A stretch of DNA of 63,746 bases, filler included, from Craspedostauros australis (GCA_030167865.1; 12 parts of 12 records of this genome joined end to end with filler, not necessarily neighbours in it), one strand, 5' to 3'; counted from the whole stretch's first letter, positions 47,765-60,467 are shown. Translations and numbers: made by a program. The notes: generated from the letters alone by a model not told the origin.

Positions 47765-49270
47765 TTAATCAGCCGCGCGCTTCTGATTGACAAATGTCGC
47801 AAAGTGCCCCTCCTGCAACAAGGCTTCGGCCGCACGCAAGATGTATAACACTTTCACATAGTTCACGTCCATCAAGAAGTGGACACCGTCCGATGTTTGC
47901 GCGCGCGTCGTGAGATTCATCCAATCCATCACCGTCGCATTTTGGACCGCGCTGTCCAACAGCTTTGGGAATTGTTGATTGAAGAGCAGGCGATGACGTC
48001 GATCTTGGTGCGGGTACGCTTCATCCAAGGAGGTCGATTGCGAACTCATCGACATCCAGAGCACGATGAACTTACGAGAACACTTGACCAATTTGGGATG
48101 ATGCCATACGGGTTGAAAGAAGCGAAACGTTGCGGATGCTCGGACGGCGAAATGCATGCCGCCTTGCAGTACAAGAAGGATGGGACGCGTGTCCTCGCTG
48201 CTGCATTGGATGTCGTTGAAATCGTACTGCGCTTTAAATCGTTTGGCGCCTCCGTTGTACGCAGAGGATTGATAGTGCACTGATGTGGAGGATGGTGCAG
48301 CCGTGTCGTGGACGGGCTCCTCCTGGCTGTCGTTGCCATGCGTATCTATTTGCTGCGACACCACGAAGTCGTACATGTCTTTACCGTACTTGCGACAAAA
48401 GGCGTGCTCGCTGAATAGGCCGTCGCATTGACACACTTCCGATGGCTTGGTCTCCAAATGGTCGGTCAAACGAGGATCGAAGATGTGATTGCCAGCGGTT
48501 TGGACATCGCTGGAGAGGTGAATGTGGAATCCAAGCATGATATGCCTTGCCAACGAGTCTCCGATTATGACGACGTTGGAAAAGCGAGTGACGATGGATC
48601 GCATCCGGTGGTGATGCATGGCAAAATCCATCTCGCAATGATTTGCAGGGACAAACCATGACGGCTGCTTTTCCAGGGCTTCATCGGAACATGCCGGATC
48701 GGAGGAATTTGCGGCAGCGCTTTCATGCGTACATGCTGCTTCCCAACGCCGACGACCATGCTTCAAAGATCGCAGAATAGCATTAGATGTGGCGCATTGC
48801 TTCCGTGAGGTTTGGTCTTCGTCCGCGTCACCGGAGGAATGGGGGAGATGCTGCAAGGAGAAATGTCGTGCATTGGACGGCATCTGGTGCAACTGCAATG
48901 AGTGAGAGTCTTTCTTGTCCAAGACATGATTCGCTGACTTGCAGTGCTGGAAGGCTGTCTCTGCCTTTGCCAGCGGGAGTGGTTGGATGCAGTAGTCGGA
49001 CTTTGAAGATGGCTGCGACGCTGTGGATTGCGATTCTTTGTGATGAACCGTTGCAGCTTGAGGGCGACCATCGTCGCCAGCAACGCCAACAGCGGCCGAA
49101 CTGTATCTTCTGGCGCCTTCAGCTGCGCCCGCCTTGCTTCTGTCCGTGCCATCCACTGTTAGGTTCTTCAGCATCGAGTCATCCTCGGCGATGAAAATGA
49201 CCGCAGCGATGATGGTGAGCACCGCCAGCTGCACAACTCGGCCCCGCCATGCTGTGCTCTTTGTCAGCAT
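47765..49270 (-). CDS. SGNH-fold type II membrane protein, TBL/PC-esterase-like
   Basis: N-terminal TM anchor, IIGDSLARH and TSDGVHF (DxxH). The first ATG is at 49270. Confidence 0.78.
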   Translation of the reverse strand: MLTKSTAWRGRVVQLAVLTIIAAVIFIAEDDSMLKNLTVDGTDRSKAGAAEGARRYSSAAVGVAGDDGRPQAATVHHKESQSTASQPSSKSDYCIQPLPLAKAETAFQHCKSANHVLDKKDSHSLQLHQMPSNARHFSLQHLPHSSGDADEDQTSRKQCATSNAILRSLKHGRRRWEAACTHESAAANSSDPACSDEALEKQPSWFVPANHCEMDFAMHHHRMRSIVTRFSNVVIIGDSLARHIMLGFHIHLSSDVQTAGNHIFDPRLTDHLETKPSEVCQCDGLFSEHAFCRKYGKDMYDFVVSQQIDTHGNDSQEEPVHDTAAPSSTSVHYQSSAYNGGAKRFKAQYDFNDIQCSSEDTRPILLVLQGGMHFAVRASATFRFFQPVWHHPKLVKCSRKFIVLWMSMSSQSTSLDEAYPHQDRRHRLLFNQQFPKLLDSAVQNATVMDWMNLTTRAQTSDGVHFLMDVNYVKVLYILRAAEALLQEGHFATFVNQKRAAD

Positions 49271-50084
49271 CAAGGAACGGCACAAGCTGAGAGCTTTACG
49301 AGCTATTATACGATCTAAGGTGGCGAGAAGAAGGGTGCTGGGCTGTCGATGTGTATCGAATGGCACTACTATTATACCTCGTGCGAGGGTGGAGGCAGGA
49401 CACTCGCGATGTCAGCGGATGAGATGAGCACATCGCAAGTTCGAGGACTGCGTGTTTGTTTGTCATCTCGTTTGCCTGTACCCGTGCGAATTCGGTTCTT
49501 CCCTTCTCACATACCGTTCTGTTCTTGTGCGTGTCTGCTTGTCTTGTTGATGGCAGAATTCTGCCTTTCCCATTTGTTCCCGTGATTCGGTGCACTTGCA
49601 GTCGGGCGCGCTTGAGTCACGGATACCCTTTGGGGCATCGCACCGCAACGATCGACATTTCGGGCACGGCGACAATTTCCCACCCCATCACAAGATTCTC
49701 ATCTCCCCCACCCATCGACTTCTTCTGGCCGTCGAGGCGAGCTCATCATCAATCCGTTCTGCGACTACATACATACAGCGACGTACTATACTCACGAGAG
49801 ATCCTCGTCACACCAAGTGAGTATTTGTACTGTCTCCTTTTTGGGTGTGCATCCGTTGCTCGTTTTGCTGCGGCTTCCGTGCATGATGTGAGTGTCTGAA
49901 TTGGGGAATGACGAAAGGAAACAGTCATGTCGATGGATGGCATGGTCGCATGCCGTACGGGTACCTGCTGAAGCTCCTGTGAGCTGGGCATGATTCAAAC
50001 AGCGGCCGGATTTGTTCATCATCCTCATCTGAGTGTCCTTTGCATTTTGTTTCTCTCGCCCATCGTTTCTCTCTTGCATCCAAC

Positions 50085-51012
50085 ATGCAGGACCAACAAC
50101 TCAGACAGAACATGGAGCTTCACGATGCTTGCCGTGCTGGCGACGTAGCGAGAGTGCAGGAACTCATCGCAGCCGATGGTTCAATCGAGAAGATCAGCGC
50201 TCGAGACAAAAGGGGCAACACTCCACTGCATGTGGCTTGCGAATTTGGACACAGAGACATCATCTGGCGTTTGCTGGGATTCGATCCCGACAACGTGTGT
50301 GCTCGCATCCAAAACAACGATGGGAACACGCCCCTCCACCTGGCCTGCCGCAAAGGTTACAGAAACGTGGTCAATACGTTGATTCAATCCATCCACAACA
50401 ACAGCACAACCAATACCGCTGTCAGCATCGACATCAATCTTCAGAACAAGAACGGTTGGACACCGCTACATTACGCGTGCCGAAAGCGACACAAGGATGT
50501 GGTTGAATACTTCCTGCACCTCAATCGCAACGACAGCCATATCCATGCCAATTTCGACACCAAGGACCACCTTGGCAAGACGCCGTTTGAATGCGTTGCA
50601 GAAGGTGACGAGGAGTGGATCCGTTCTTTGGTCGCATCCTATCTGGTCAACCAGGAAGGGCGCACCTCGTTCGCTGGCAATGATGAGAAGAACACCGCGC
50701 TTCATCTTGCCTGTTTATCAGGACTTCTAGAAGTGGTGCGCGCTCTCGTCGAATCCACCAAGATCTCGGTTGATGCCAACGCGAAGAATAGCCTGGGGTA
50801 CACAGCATTGCATTATGCGTGCCAGAAAGGACACACAGATGTGATCGAATACTTGCTACAGTCCGATCGTGTGAGCACGACGTTCGACCTCTCCATCCAG
50901 AACACGGATGGAGATACACCCCTCCACCTTGCCTGCTGGCGCGGAGCCGAAGAAATTGTGCAACTCCTGTTGAGAGAGAAGCGACAACGAACTGACATCG
51001 ATATCAACGTCA
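50085..51012 (+). CDS. Ankyrin-repeat protein (3' lost in gap)
   Basis: At least 6 G-x-T-(P/A)-L-H-x-A-C-type repeats. Confidence 0.93.
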
Positions 51013-51112
51013 NNNNNNNNNNNNNNNNNNNNNNNNNNNNNNNNNNNNNNNNNNNNTTAATTAATTAANNNNNNNNNNNNNNNNNNNNNNNNNNNNNNNN
51101 NNNNNNNNNNNN

Positions 51113-51990
51113 AACTCGACCATTTGTGCATGTAAAATGTCAATTGCGATCCAATCCAACACTACCACCACTCCAAGCACACTCCAAAGGGTACGGCTAT
51201 GGAATTTGAAGTCTAGACTCTGGTTGGAAAGGATCGAAATCTACGGATGCAGATATCAAATGGAAATGACTGGCGCCGTTCATCTGCGCGCATGCCAATA
51301 CCCCTTTCTGATGGATCCAAGACCTCAAACTCCATAGCCGTACTCTTTGGAGTGTGCTTGGAGTGGTGGTAGTGTTGGATTGGATCGAAACTGACATTTT
51401 ATATGCACAGATGGTCGAGTTACTGTGCAGTTTGATGCGTAGCTCACAGTACCGCCCTCACAGCATCACATGACATCCTGATCTGTAGATTTCGATCCTT
51501 TCCACATAGATATATCACTTCGACCTCCATATCCGTATCTTTTGGAGGGGGTTTGGAGTCATCGAAGTGTTGGATTGGAATATGATTGACTTTTTGTATG
51601 CACACATTCTCAGAACGCTGTACAGCGCGATACGCACCGTTCAGTACTGCTTGGTATCAGCATCTGTAGAATTGGATCCCTTCTAAACGGATCTAGGACT
51701 TCAAACTCGGCGACCGTACTCTTTGGGGTGCGCTTGGAGTAGTCCAGCTGGTTGGATATCTGAAAATGGCCTGTGCAATACATCGATATGCATAATACTG
51801 CACAAGGCGATGCATACCGTGCAGTCTCGTCTGACGCAGTACTGCGTGGTATCAGCATCCGTAGATTTCGATAACTTCCAGACGGCTCTAACACTACAGA
51901 CTCCATGGCCGTACTCTTGGGAGTGTGCTTGGAGTGGTGCCGTTGGTATCATCAAATATGCTTGACCTTTTGTATGCACAGCACACACAG
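51113..51990. repeat. Diverged ~180-200-bp repeat family: one reverse unit facing ~4 forward units
   Basis: 51113-~51205 is a near-perfect reverse complement of ~51330-51421. The CTTTGG(A/G)G-type anchor recurs at ~51345, 51540, 51721 and 51917. Motifs are shared with the 195-bp unit. Confidence 0.85.
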
Positions 51991-52941
51991 TGACTGAACG
52001 GTATCGCAGGATTGGACTACATGTAATCTGAAACTCTTCGCAGTTGGGTCTGGACCATCCCAAAGTAGGTACATGCCAATGGCTGATGTCAGTATGCAAT
52101 ATAGTTGGTTGAACCCTCTACTCGTATTCCACAGAACAGGATTCATCACCAGCATTATAAACTTGTCTCGTCTACTCTACTCAACTCTACTGGGAAACGG
52201 TTGACATGTGTATTTCGCGGCTAAATTAATATTTTCGTCATTGTCGCAAGGACGCGCCTGTCAACAGTCCGGCCATTGTGATTGGTCAGGCACCAAAACG
52301 ACCTGGTTAGTGAACTTTGGCCCCAAAAACGACCTGGTTAGTGAATTTGCTCATGAAGCATCTACTGCACGATAGTTTCCAAGGAGAAGTCTTGTGTCCA
52401 TGTGGCAAAGTCAACATCTGGCATCTCATGCTTCACTCGATCACTTCAAGCACGAGCAAGGATGATCGTGACGATGGGAACATATCCGCACAGGAGAATC
52501 CATCGCTCTGCCCTTCCGGTGGTGACGTCTGTTGTCCTCTTGTCTCTGTCTTCGTTTCTCCCCACAGCGTTATCGCGTACCAGACCTGAGCAGAATGGGT
52601 CCGCAGACGATGGTTGTGGGTGGACACGACAATGCACAAGACACACGCATCCACCGCAAGGACATCGGAATACCATAGAGCACTACTCTACTACTACTGT
52701 CATGTACAATGATGTACAATGATGCACAATGATGTACCCTACCATATGATGCTGTTGCAGCCGTCAACAAATCGGCGTCCATGGGAATCACACAATGCAG
52801 ACCCATCCAAGACAAAGTCAAACTGCTTCTGCAATCGCCATGATCGTAGCCGTCCTCTATCTCATCTCCATCTCCTCATCGTAACTTGATGGAACGTCCC
52901 TCCGCCCGTTGATTCTGTTGTTTCTGTTCCTTCGGTTGACA

Positions 52942-54696
52942 TCATTCATCCCGCCCGAACTGCGCACTCGGCATGGACTGATGAGGCCGGGCCAGCCAAG
53001 GAAAGTCGACCGCGCTCAATCGCTCAATGCGGCTATCAGTCAACGTCGACTTCTGCCCGTTGGAATGCAGTCGGTACTGCCGACGCTGGGCCTTTGCCCA
53101 AATGCCGAGGGAAGGGTTCTCGTCGCACTGGGTTGGCACGTTCGTGTGGCCGTGCTTGTCTCTGTACGTCATCAGATCATTGAAGCGCTTCTCCCATGCT
53201 TCCCCGTGCGAATCCCACACGAAACCAAGCCGCTCCAGCTTCCTCTGCCTCTCGTCTGTCAAAGTGGAACGTTGTCCTTCGTTCTTCTGCTTGTGCTGGT
53301 ATCGCTGCCGCTTCACCCAGTGGGACAGCGTCTTGTCATCCTTCGGCTCGACGATGCAATGCCTGTGCTGCTTGTGGAAGGCGACGAGCTCGTCGTATCG
53401 GGCGTTCCATTGATCCGATTGGTACTGACGGAACTTGATGCTCTTCGTTGGCGGAGCCGACCGCATCCTCTTTCTCGGTGATCGCTGTGTGGGTGTGGGT
53501 GCGCGTGTAGATGTGCGCCCAGTTGCCTCGACGATCTCTTGTGGGAACGTTTCGACTTGGCATGGAGCACCTCGAATGGATGTGATGATGCTGTTGTCCA
53601 CGAAGGAGTAGAGGTGGGTTGGATCGGCGGAACGCTTGAGCAGTGATGGGGTCTGAGACTGCGGCTGTTCGAGGCCATGATGGCATCCATGGGTGTTCTC
53701 AGGAGAGGTGTCGGTATCAATCGGGATGTCATCGAGCCAGGATTCTTCGCCGGCGTCGTCCCAATCTTCCAGCTGCAGAGTCTCGAAATGGAACCTTGTG
53801 GGCACGGGCATCAGGTCGCTCCCTCTGGCTTTCTTGATGGGTGAAGGCTGGCATGAGGACGGCAATTCCTGGAATGGTATTGCTACATCAACGAGGGAAC
53901 GATGATGACGATCATGTGCTGCGAGGCTGGGCTGTCCATCAAAGCAGAGGTACTGCCGTGGCAGGCGTTGTGTCTGCTGTGTCTGTTGTGTGCGTTGCTG
54001 ATGATGTTGCTGATGATGTTGCTGGTGCGGATGGTGATGCTGCGCGAGAGAAGGAGCAAGAGGAGAAAGGGGAGGCAAGTGCGACAGATGAAGTGCTTTG
54101 GTTGTTGTTGTTGGTGGTGGTGTATGTGATATCTGTGATGTCTGTGACGATTGCGATGGTCGTCTTCCGTGTACGACTACTCCTGCTGTTGGTGATAGCG
54201 TCGTTGTAGTTGATGAGACCGAAGATGAAACCGAAGATGAAACGAAGACATCACTGAGAAAGTTCTGGATTTCGTGCATTTGTTCCGAGCTCCGAAAGGT
54301 CTCCGTGATGCCCACGAATGAGACACCCTTGACTGACTCACATCCGATGGGGGATGGTTCCAGCATGCTCGATTCTTCGTGATGGTTGGCGTTGCGCGAA
54401 GAGTTGATGTTGGTGCTGGTTCTGGTGCTGGCGACGTGACCGTGATTGCAGTGATTGCAACGACTAATTGTAGACTGCTTCTGACACGTGCCGCAACTGC
54501 TCGACGTTGTAGTTCTTTGGTTCGATTTGATCGAGGTGATGTCGATGTCGGCGTTGGTTCTGCGGGAACCTTGGGTGGCACACTTTTCCTTGGTGCTGTG
54601 TCGGGCGGTGTCGATGGCGATGGCGGTGCTGGTGACGGTACTTCCAGTTGCGCGTATCTGTAGATTCCGAGAGAGGTTCGAGGTACGCCGTGACAT
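52942..54696 (-). CDS. Helicase-associated (HA) domain protein, two C-terminal HA repeats
   Basis: WNARYDELVAFHKQHRHCIV...LSHWVKRQR...LERLGFVW and WEKRFNDLMTYRDKHGHTNVP...LGIWAKAQR...LSAVDFPW after a long low-complexity N-terminus. Confidence 0.9.
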   Translation of the reverse strand: MSRRTSNLSRNLQIRATGSTVTSTAIAIDTARHSTKEKCATQGSRRTNADIDITSIKSNQRTTTSSSCGTCQKQSTISRCNHCNHGHVASTRTSTNINSSRNANHHEESSMLEPSPIGCESVKGVSFVGITETFRSSEQMHEIQNFLSDVFVSSSVSSSVSSTTTTLSPTAGVVVHGRRPSQSSQTSQISHTPPPTTTTKALHLSHLPPLSPLAPSLAQHHHPHQQHHQQHHQQRTQQTQQTQRLPRQYLCFDGQPSLAAHDRHHRSLVDVAIPFQELPSSCQPSPIKKARGSDLMPVPTRFHFETLQLEDWDDAGEESWLDDIPIDTDTSPENTHGCHHGLEQPQSQTPSLLKRSADPTHLYSFVDNSIITSIRGAPCQVETFPQEIVEATGRTSTRAPTPTQRSPRKRMRSAPPTKSIKFRQYQSDQWNARYDELVAFHKQHRHCIVEPKDDKTLSHWVKRQRYQHKQKNEGQRSTLTDERQRKLERLGFVWDSHGEAWEKRFNDLMTYRDKHGHTNVPTQCDENPSLGIWAKAQRRQYRLHSNGQKSTLTDSRIERLSAVDFPWLARPHQSMPSAQFGRDE

Positions 54697-55286
54697 TCCT
54701 CAACAAGCAGTGTCCGATTGTTGGCGTCGTTGTTCAGTCAAATGGACGATGGATGGGTTGATGGATGTGGATTTTTATGATCGGAGACCATTGTCGATCC
54801 ACGATACTGATCCACGATACTGGTCATGATGTTGGTTGGCACGACTGTAGGTAAGAAGTCGCCATTCCTCTGCGCAACGCAAGATGGAGAGTACGATGTT
54901 TGGTTCCTGACGACTCAAAAAGTTGCGTTCGCTTGCTCTCGTCATCATCGTCGTGTCGTCGTCATCATCCAAATGATTGATTACGTTGGCAATGGCGGCA
55001 TCACTTGTGGCTGTTTCCCTTTTGATTTTGCTTGTGCGTTTGCTTTCGGTCTGTTGCGTTGGTTGGGGGCGGTTGAGGTGTTTTGTGAGGCAAAAACCAG
55101 CAACATCCTCATTGCGTGTGCGTTTGTGTCCGTGTTTCTGTGGGCAGAAAGAGTTGTGCCGAGTCGCCTTCGATGAGTTGTTCCGTNNNNNNNNNNNNNN
55201 NNNNNNNNNNNNNNNNNNNNNNNNNNNNNNTTAATTAATTAANNNNNNNNNNNNNNNNNNNNNNNNNNNNNNNNNNNNNNNNNNNN

Positions 55287-56581
55287 GTCACCACACTGGC
55301 ATATGTTATGCTGGATGGTGCTTCAGTCATGTGACCGCCTGCCACAAGTCGCGCCTTTCGTGTGAGGTCAACTTTGATATCGAAGATCATGTGACATGCA
55401 ATGTAGGTGTATCCGACTGGTGGCTTCGTGTCTTCTGTCTTGATGTCGAAAGCTGGTCGAACGTTCTTCATCTCTTTCTCCAATGCTTTGCGCCAGAAGT
55501 CGGTTCCTGTCTCCTCGTCGATCGCAAGAGCTCGTTGGACGCTCTTTGGTAATTCGAGACCATATTTCTCATTTCGTCGGAAGTATCGTTTGCGGTTGGC
55601 CATCAGGATGCGGTTGCGCCGCTTCATTGTGTATGGAACCCACCATCGAAAGGCAGGCTCATTGGTGAGCTGGTTGTTGGTCGCATACTCGGCTGTCTTC
55701 ACAGGGTCAGCCTCCTTGGCATCGCGTAAGTGAATCCATGATGTAGATCCGTCTTTCCATAACACACACAGCTTCCATCCCTTTGTCGTCTTCGTGGTCG
55801 TCTTGTCATCAGCGGTTGCTGCGGTTGGGAGTCGCTTATGGTCGATGATATCCTCCATCAAGAGTGTTGTGTATCCGTCGTCATCTGTTCGTGCGTAGAT
55901 ATTTTCCGCGATCTGATTCGCATTGAACACCTCGCTGTGCCCGTCGACAAATTCAACCTCATACATGGACGTGTCAAGAAGTGGATTTGAATGTGAGTGA
56001 CCAATCAGCTTCCCGCTTGCATCGCGCTTTCGGCGCTTCACAGTACCAAATTGGATGTCATCACCCGCAGGCAACTTGACTCGAGCAGACAGGTATCGAT
56101 CGTATGCGTCTTCGTCGGCGTCAGCTGGCTCTATCAAAGGTTCCAATGATGTAGTCTGCTCCAGGAATGCAATGTCTTCGGCTGTGTCGTCGACGTCGTC
56201 TCCGTCGTCCCCTGGCTTGATGCCTTCCATTCGATCTTTCCATTTGTTTCGTAGATTGGACATGAAGTCGGATTGTTGTTGTTTGACTGCTTCACTGTTG
56301 AGGTCGACATCGGATAAAGGAATGACAGAGGATTTAGAAACAACAGCGCCAGAAGATGTGAGAATGTACGAGCACATCGCTTCACCCACGGCCTTTGACG
56401 GACCGAGGTAGCGACCAAGATGTTTTGTGTTCATGTTTGCTCCCTGGAGATTCATGTACCACACAAAGTCGAACCACCCGAATTCTGAGATATGTGAGAT
56501 GTCGGTGGTATCGCCAGTTAGGATTGTAGTTGGTGTCTGGCCATGTAGATCATATATCTGAAGTGCTGTGTTGCTTCGAAT
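55287..56581 (-). mobile_element. CoDi-type Ty1/copia pol fragment (integrase C-terminus, chromodomain-like segment, RT start)
   Basis: GQTP...LTGDTTDIS...EFGW, GRYLGPS..VG..M, NPLLDT..YEVEF, TTKGW....WKDGST.W, HMIFDIK.DLTRKARLVAGGH. Confidence 0.93.
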
Positions 56582-56681
56582 NNNNNNNNNNNNNNNNNNN
56601 NNNNNNNNNNNNNNNNNNNNNNNNNTTAATTAATTAANNNNNNNNNNNNNNNNNNNNNNNNNNNNNNNNNNNNNNNNNNNN

Positions 56682-58137
56682 CCAGATCCTACTGGAAGCG
56701 TCTACCAGTCCGACTCTCAACGAAATCTACGATATGGACCCTCTCATTCTCCAAGCCAAAGCGCACGACGACGATCATCCATCCCTTGCCGACGTCCTGA
56801 ACTGCCCTGACCTAAACGAACGAGTCACATGGCGAAAAGCAATGAACGCTGAAATCGAACAGCTTCTCGACAAGAAGACATTCCGCGTGGTTCCTCGGTC
56901 AATGGCAATCAACCACGAAATCATCCCTTCAACTTGGGTCTTTCGTCGCAAGAGATTCCCGGATGGATCCATTATGAAGCTCAAAGCTCGTCTCTGCGTA
57001 CGAGGAGACCAACAGCAACGAACAGGGCGAGACAGAAATGAAACGTTTGCTCCTGTTGTTGAATGGAGCTCCATCCGTCTGATATTCGCACTGATGATCG
57101 AACACGGACTGCACACGCAATCAATTGATTTCAAAAATGCATTTGTTCAATCTCATCTGCCTGCTCCAATCTACATGCTTCCTCCTCCTGGACCGATTCC
57201 TATCAATAATCCAAACATTCCAGAGAAGGACCGCCCGATCCTACAAGTCAATAAGAGTCTTTACGGCGACCGAAGAGCACCACGCCTGTGGTACGAACAT
57301 CTTCGCGACGCCCTCATCAGCAACAAATTCGGATTCAGAATGGCCAAGCAAGATCCCTGTCTGTTCCTCAAGAGCAACATCATCATTTGCATCTACGTGG
57401 ACGATGCGATCCTTTGCGGTACAACGATGGAAATCATTCAATCGACTATCCAACAGCTGCAGCAAGAAGGTTTTGACCTCACATGCGAAGGAGATCTCTC
57501 TGCATACCTCGGTATAAAGATCGAGAAATCCAATGATGACCAAATCAAGCTTTCTCAGCCTGGCCTCACAGCCAAAGTCATTGAATCCCTCGGACTGCAA
57601 CAAGGATCCTCCCGCGTAATTCCAGCAGATGCCACTCTTGGCAAGAACCCAGACGCTGATCCCATTTCCAATCAATTCAACTACAGATCCGTATTGGGAA
57701 TGATGATGTATCTTGGCACGAACACAAGACCAGACTGCGCATTCGCCATCAATCAATGTGCTCGTTTCAGCCATGATCCGAAACATCCTCATGAACTCGC
57801 ACTCAAACGTATCGGACGCTACCTCCTCGGAACGAAAGACCAAGGAATCCAAGTCAAACGATCAGCAATCGGCTCCATGAACTGCTATGTTGACGCCGAC
57901 TTTGCCGGAGTCTGGGGCAAGGAAGATCCTCAAGATCCCAACTCCGTCCGATCCCGCACTGGATTNATCATCACCCTTGGTAACATGCCCATCATTTGGA
58001 AATCGAAGATTCAGTCCGAAATCGCCATGTCAACACAAGAAGCAGAGTACATCGCACTCTCAACCGCAATGAGATCAGTCATACCTCTCAAGAACGCTCT
58101 CAAACAACTCATGCACGCCTTCCACATCAAATCAACA
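56682..58137 (+). mobile_element. Ty1/copia reverse transcriptase-RNase H fragment (different lineage/orientation)
   Basis: WRKAMNAEI, KLKARLCVRGD, IDFKNAF, KSLYG, IYVDD, TRPD, YVDADFAG, SRTG, STQEAEYIALS. Confidence 0.96.
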
Positions 58138-60467
58138 NNNNNNNNNNNNNNNNNNNNNNNNNNNNNNNNNNNNNNNNNNNNTTAATTAATTAANNNNNNN
58201 NNNNNNNNNNNNNNNNNNNNNNNNNNNNNNNNNNNNNCCAGTTAAACAATGAGAGAAGCCACCACACTGGAGGACCATGTTGGTCTGGCATGCGATCTCA
58301 CCACCTACACGTGGAGGCCAATTAGCGCTGTTGATGCGAACCCAAAAGAAGTGACAAATTTGGCACATGTGCCAAATTTGTCAGCAAAAAACTCATTAGG
58401 GATATCGTATTCGGTGGAGTTGATATCTGTCATCCGATTCCACGGTTGATTCGGATGCATTTATCGCGTGTTTTGTGTTATCGTGTTTCGGACTCCCACA
58501 CGATGGACATTGTTGAGAAAATGTGGCGCGCAGTGATATCTTCGATTCGTGGATGATTCGATGATCAATTCATCATGATCGAAGATTTGCTTCCGACACG
58601 ATCAGGAAATTCCCGTGCCTTAAAATTTAGTCACTGGAATAATCCCACATGGTTGTGCTTTGTACGGGCATGGAGCACTTGCGCGTGCAGCGTATCCTCT
58701 ACAATGCTCTCTCTTTGATTTGATTTGATTTGATGTATCCATGTTGGTTATATCCTTGGCGATCCATTTTGAGTCTCCATTCAGCGCACTGTGCTTCCGC
58801 TCATCTCTCTCCCTCCTTTGCCCCCCAACTCTACCGACACAACTTAACCGATTAACGCTTGCCCCTATGCAGAGCCTTTGGAAACACATCCATCTGGCCG
58901 ATGGCATTCACGATCGTCGACCTCACAATGGAGACTCAAGACAAGTTGGGTTCGCCGGGGATTGTCAGAACGTAATCGTAGATGGGTTTGAAGATACCGC
59001 ACCGAGAACGTAGAGTGATCAAGTCGTTGTTGTTGGTGAGGAGAGTGTTTGTTTACTGTGTTATTCGTATGGTAGTAGGAATGCTGTCAAGCTCACAAGA
59101 TTGTCTTCTTGGAACTGTGAGCATGAGAGAGGCATGACATGATCTCATGCAAATGCAAGTAAAATTAACACGGAGACAACACGACAAATGTGCGTGTTAC
59201 TGCGTGAAGAAGATTTGCAAAAGTCAATGAACAAAAACACCGCGATACCCCGTGTTGTGAATTACGTCTTCTCACGATGTTGCTAGTAGTACGATCACAC
59301 GATTGATCGTATTCACTTGAGAAGGTCATGGCAAGACTCGCACGTGTCGCACCCAAGACCGAAGTCTGTCCTGATTGGGCAGAGAGGTTCATCTTGGCAA
59401 GAAATTCATTTCCGCGACATCNNNNNNNNNNNNNNNNNNNNNNNNNNNNNNNNNNNNNNNNNNNNTTAATTAATTAANNNNNNNNNNNNNNNNNNNNNNN
59501 NNNNNNNNNNNNNNNNNNNNNAAGTGCGTATGAGAGAATAACGGGTGAACGATGCACATATACACGTACATCTTGACATATACTCACATGTACATCTCGA
59601 CATTGATTCTTGTGGGTTGCAGCACTCCTGCTCGCTGCGCTCGATACTGCTGCGGGATGAGCCTTGACTCTGCCTCGATCGGAGCATCCGCCAGCTGAGT
59701 GGATGCCGCCATTGTCTTCTCCACCACGTGTGGCGGAAGGTGACGGAAGATTCTCGTGAAATCGACCCGACCTGCGTTGCGTCGTAGACGCTGATGTCTA
59801 CCGCATATGATGATATGCTGCGCCGTTGCCATCTCGTGGGCTGTCGGCTTTCTGATGGGAATTCTGAGCGTGTTGCCTTCATGGTTCTCCAGTGGTATGC
59901 TGATTTCGTCCGATGAGACCCGCTGCTGTCCCTGATGTTCGATTAGGCGATCGTAGACGTTCAGTCCGGACGCGCGCATATGATGTGTGTTAAACAGTGA
60001 TTCCGTCTGCTGTGGATGCTTGTCGAGAGCCACGTAGTTCGCTTTGATGAGGATCACGCCGCCTGATGGGGGCTCGTATGCTGCCACCGCGTCNNNNNNN
60101 NNNNNNNNNNNNNNNNNNNNGCGTCGACCATCTGGAATGTCTCGATTGGTGAGTTGATCGTCGCCCCTCGGGCACGAAACTCTTGTTGGTGTGTGTGGGT
60201 CACCTCCCAGCCCGATGCATGAACGATGTCTCCGTCCGCCCCTGAGTCTAGGATGATAAAGCATTGGCTATTGTTCGTTACTCTTGCCCTTCGGATGTAG
60301 TGCTCCACTGTCGGGTGGGTTGTGCACGGACGGGACTCTTGTGGTACCTCCGGACGTGCACGTCCGGGCACTCCCGCTGCGGTCGTCACGCTTGCCCCCC
60401 TACAGTTGCGGGGTTTGAGGTGGATGACAATCTCCGACTGACGGCGAGTTGTGCCCGTCTTTGATTG

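Noticed and set aside
60089..60125. Apparent frameshift in pol across the 27-N gap
   Set aside because: Both flanks share GCGTC; collapsing the overlap gives a continuous QMVDAVAAYEP, so it is most likely a gap-size artefact.
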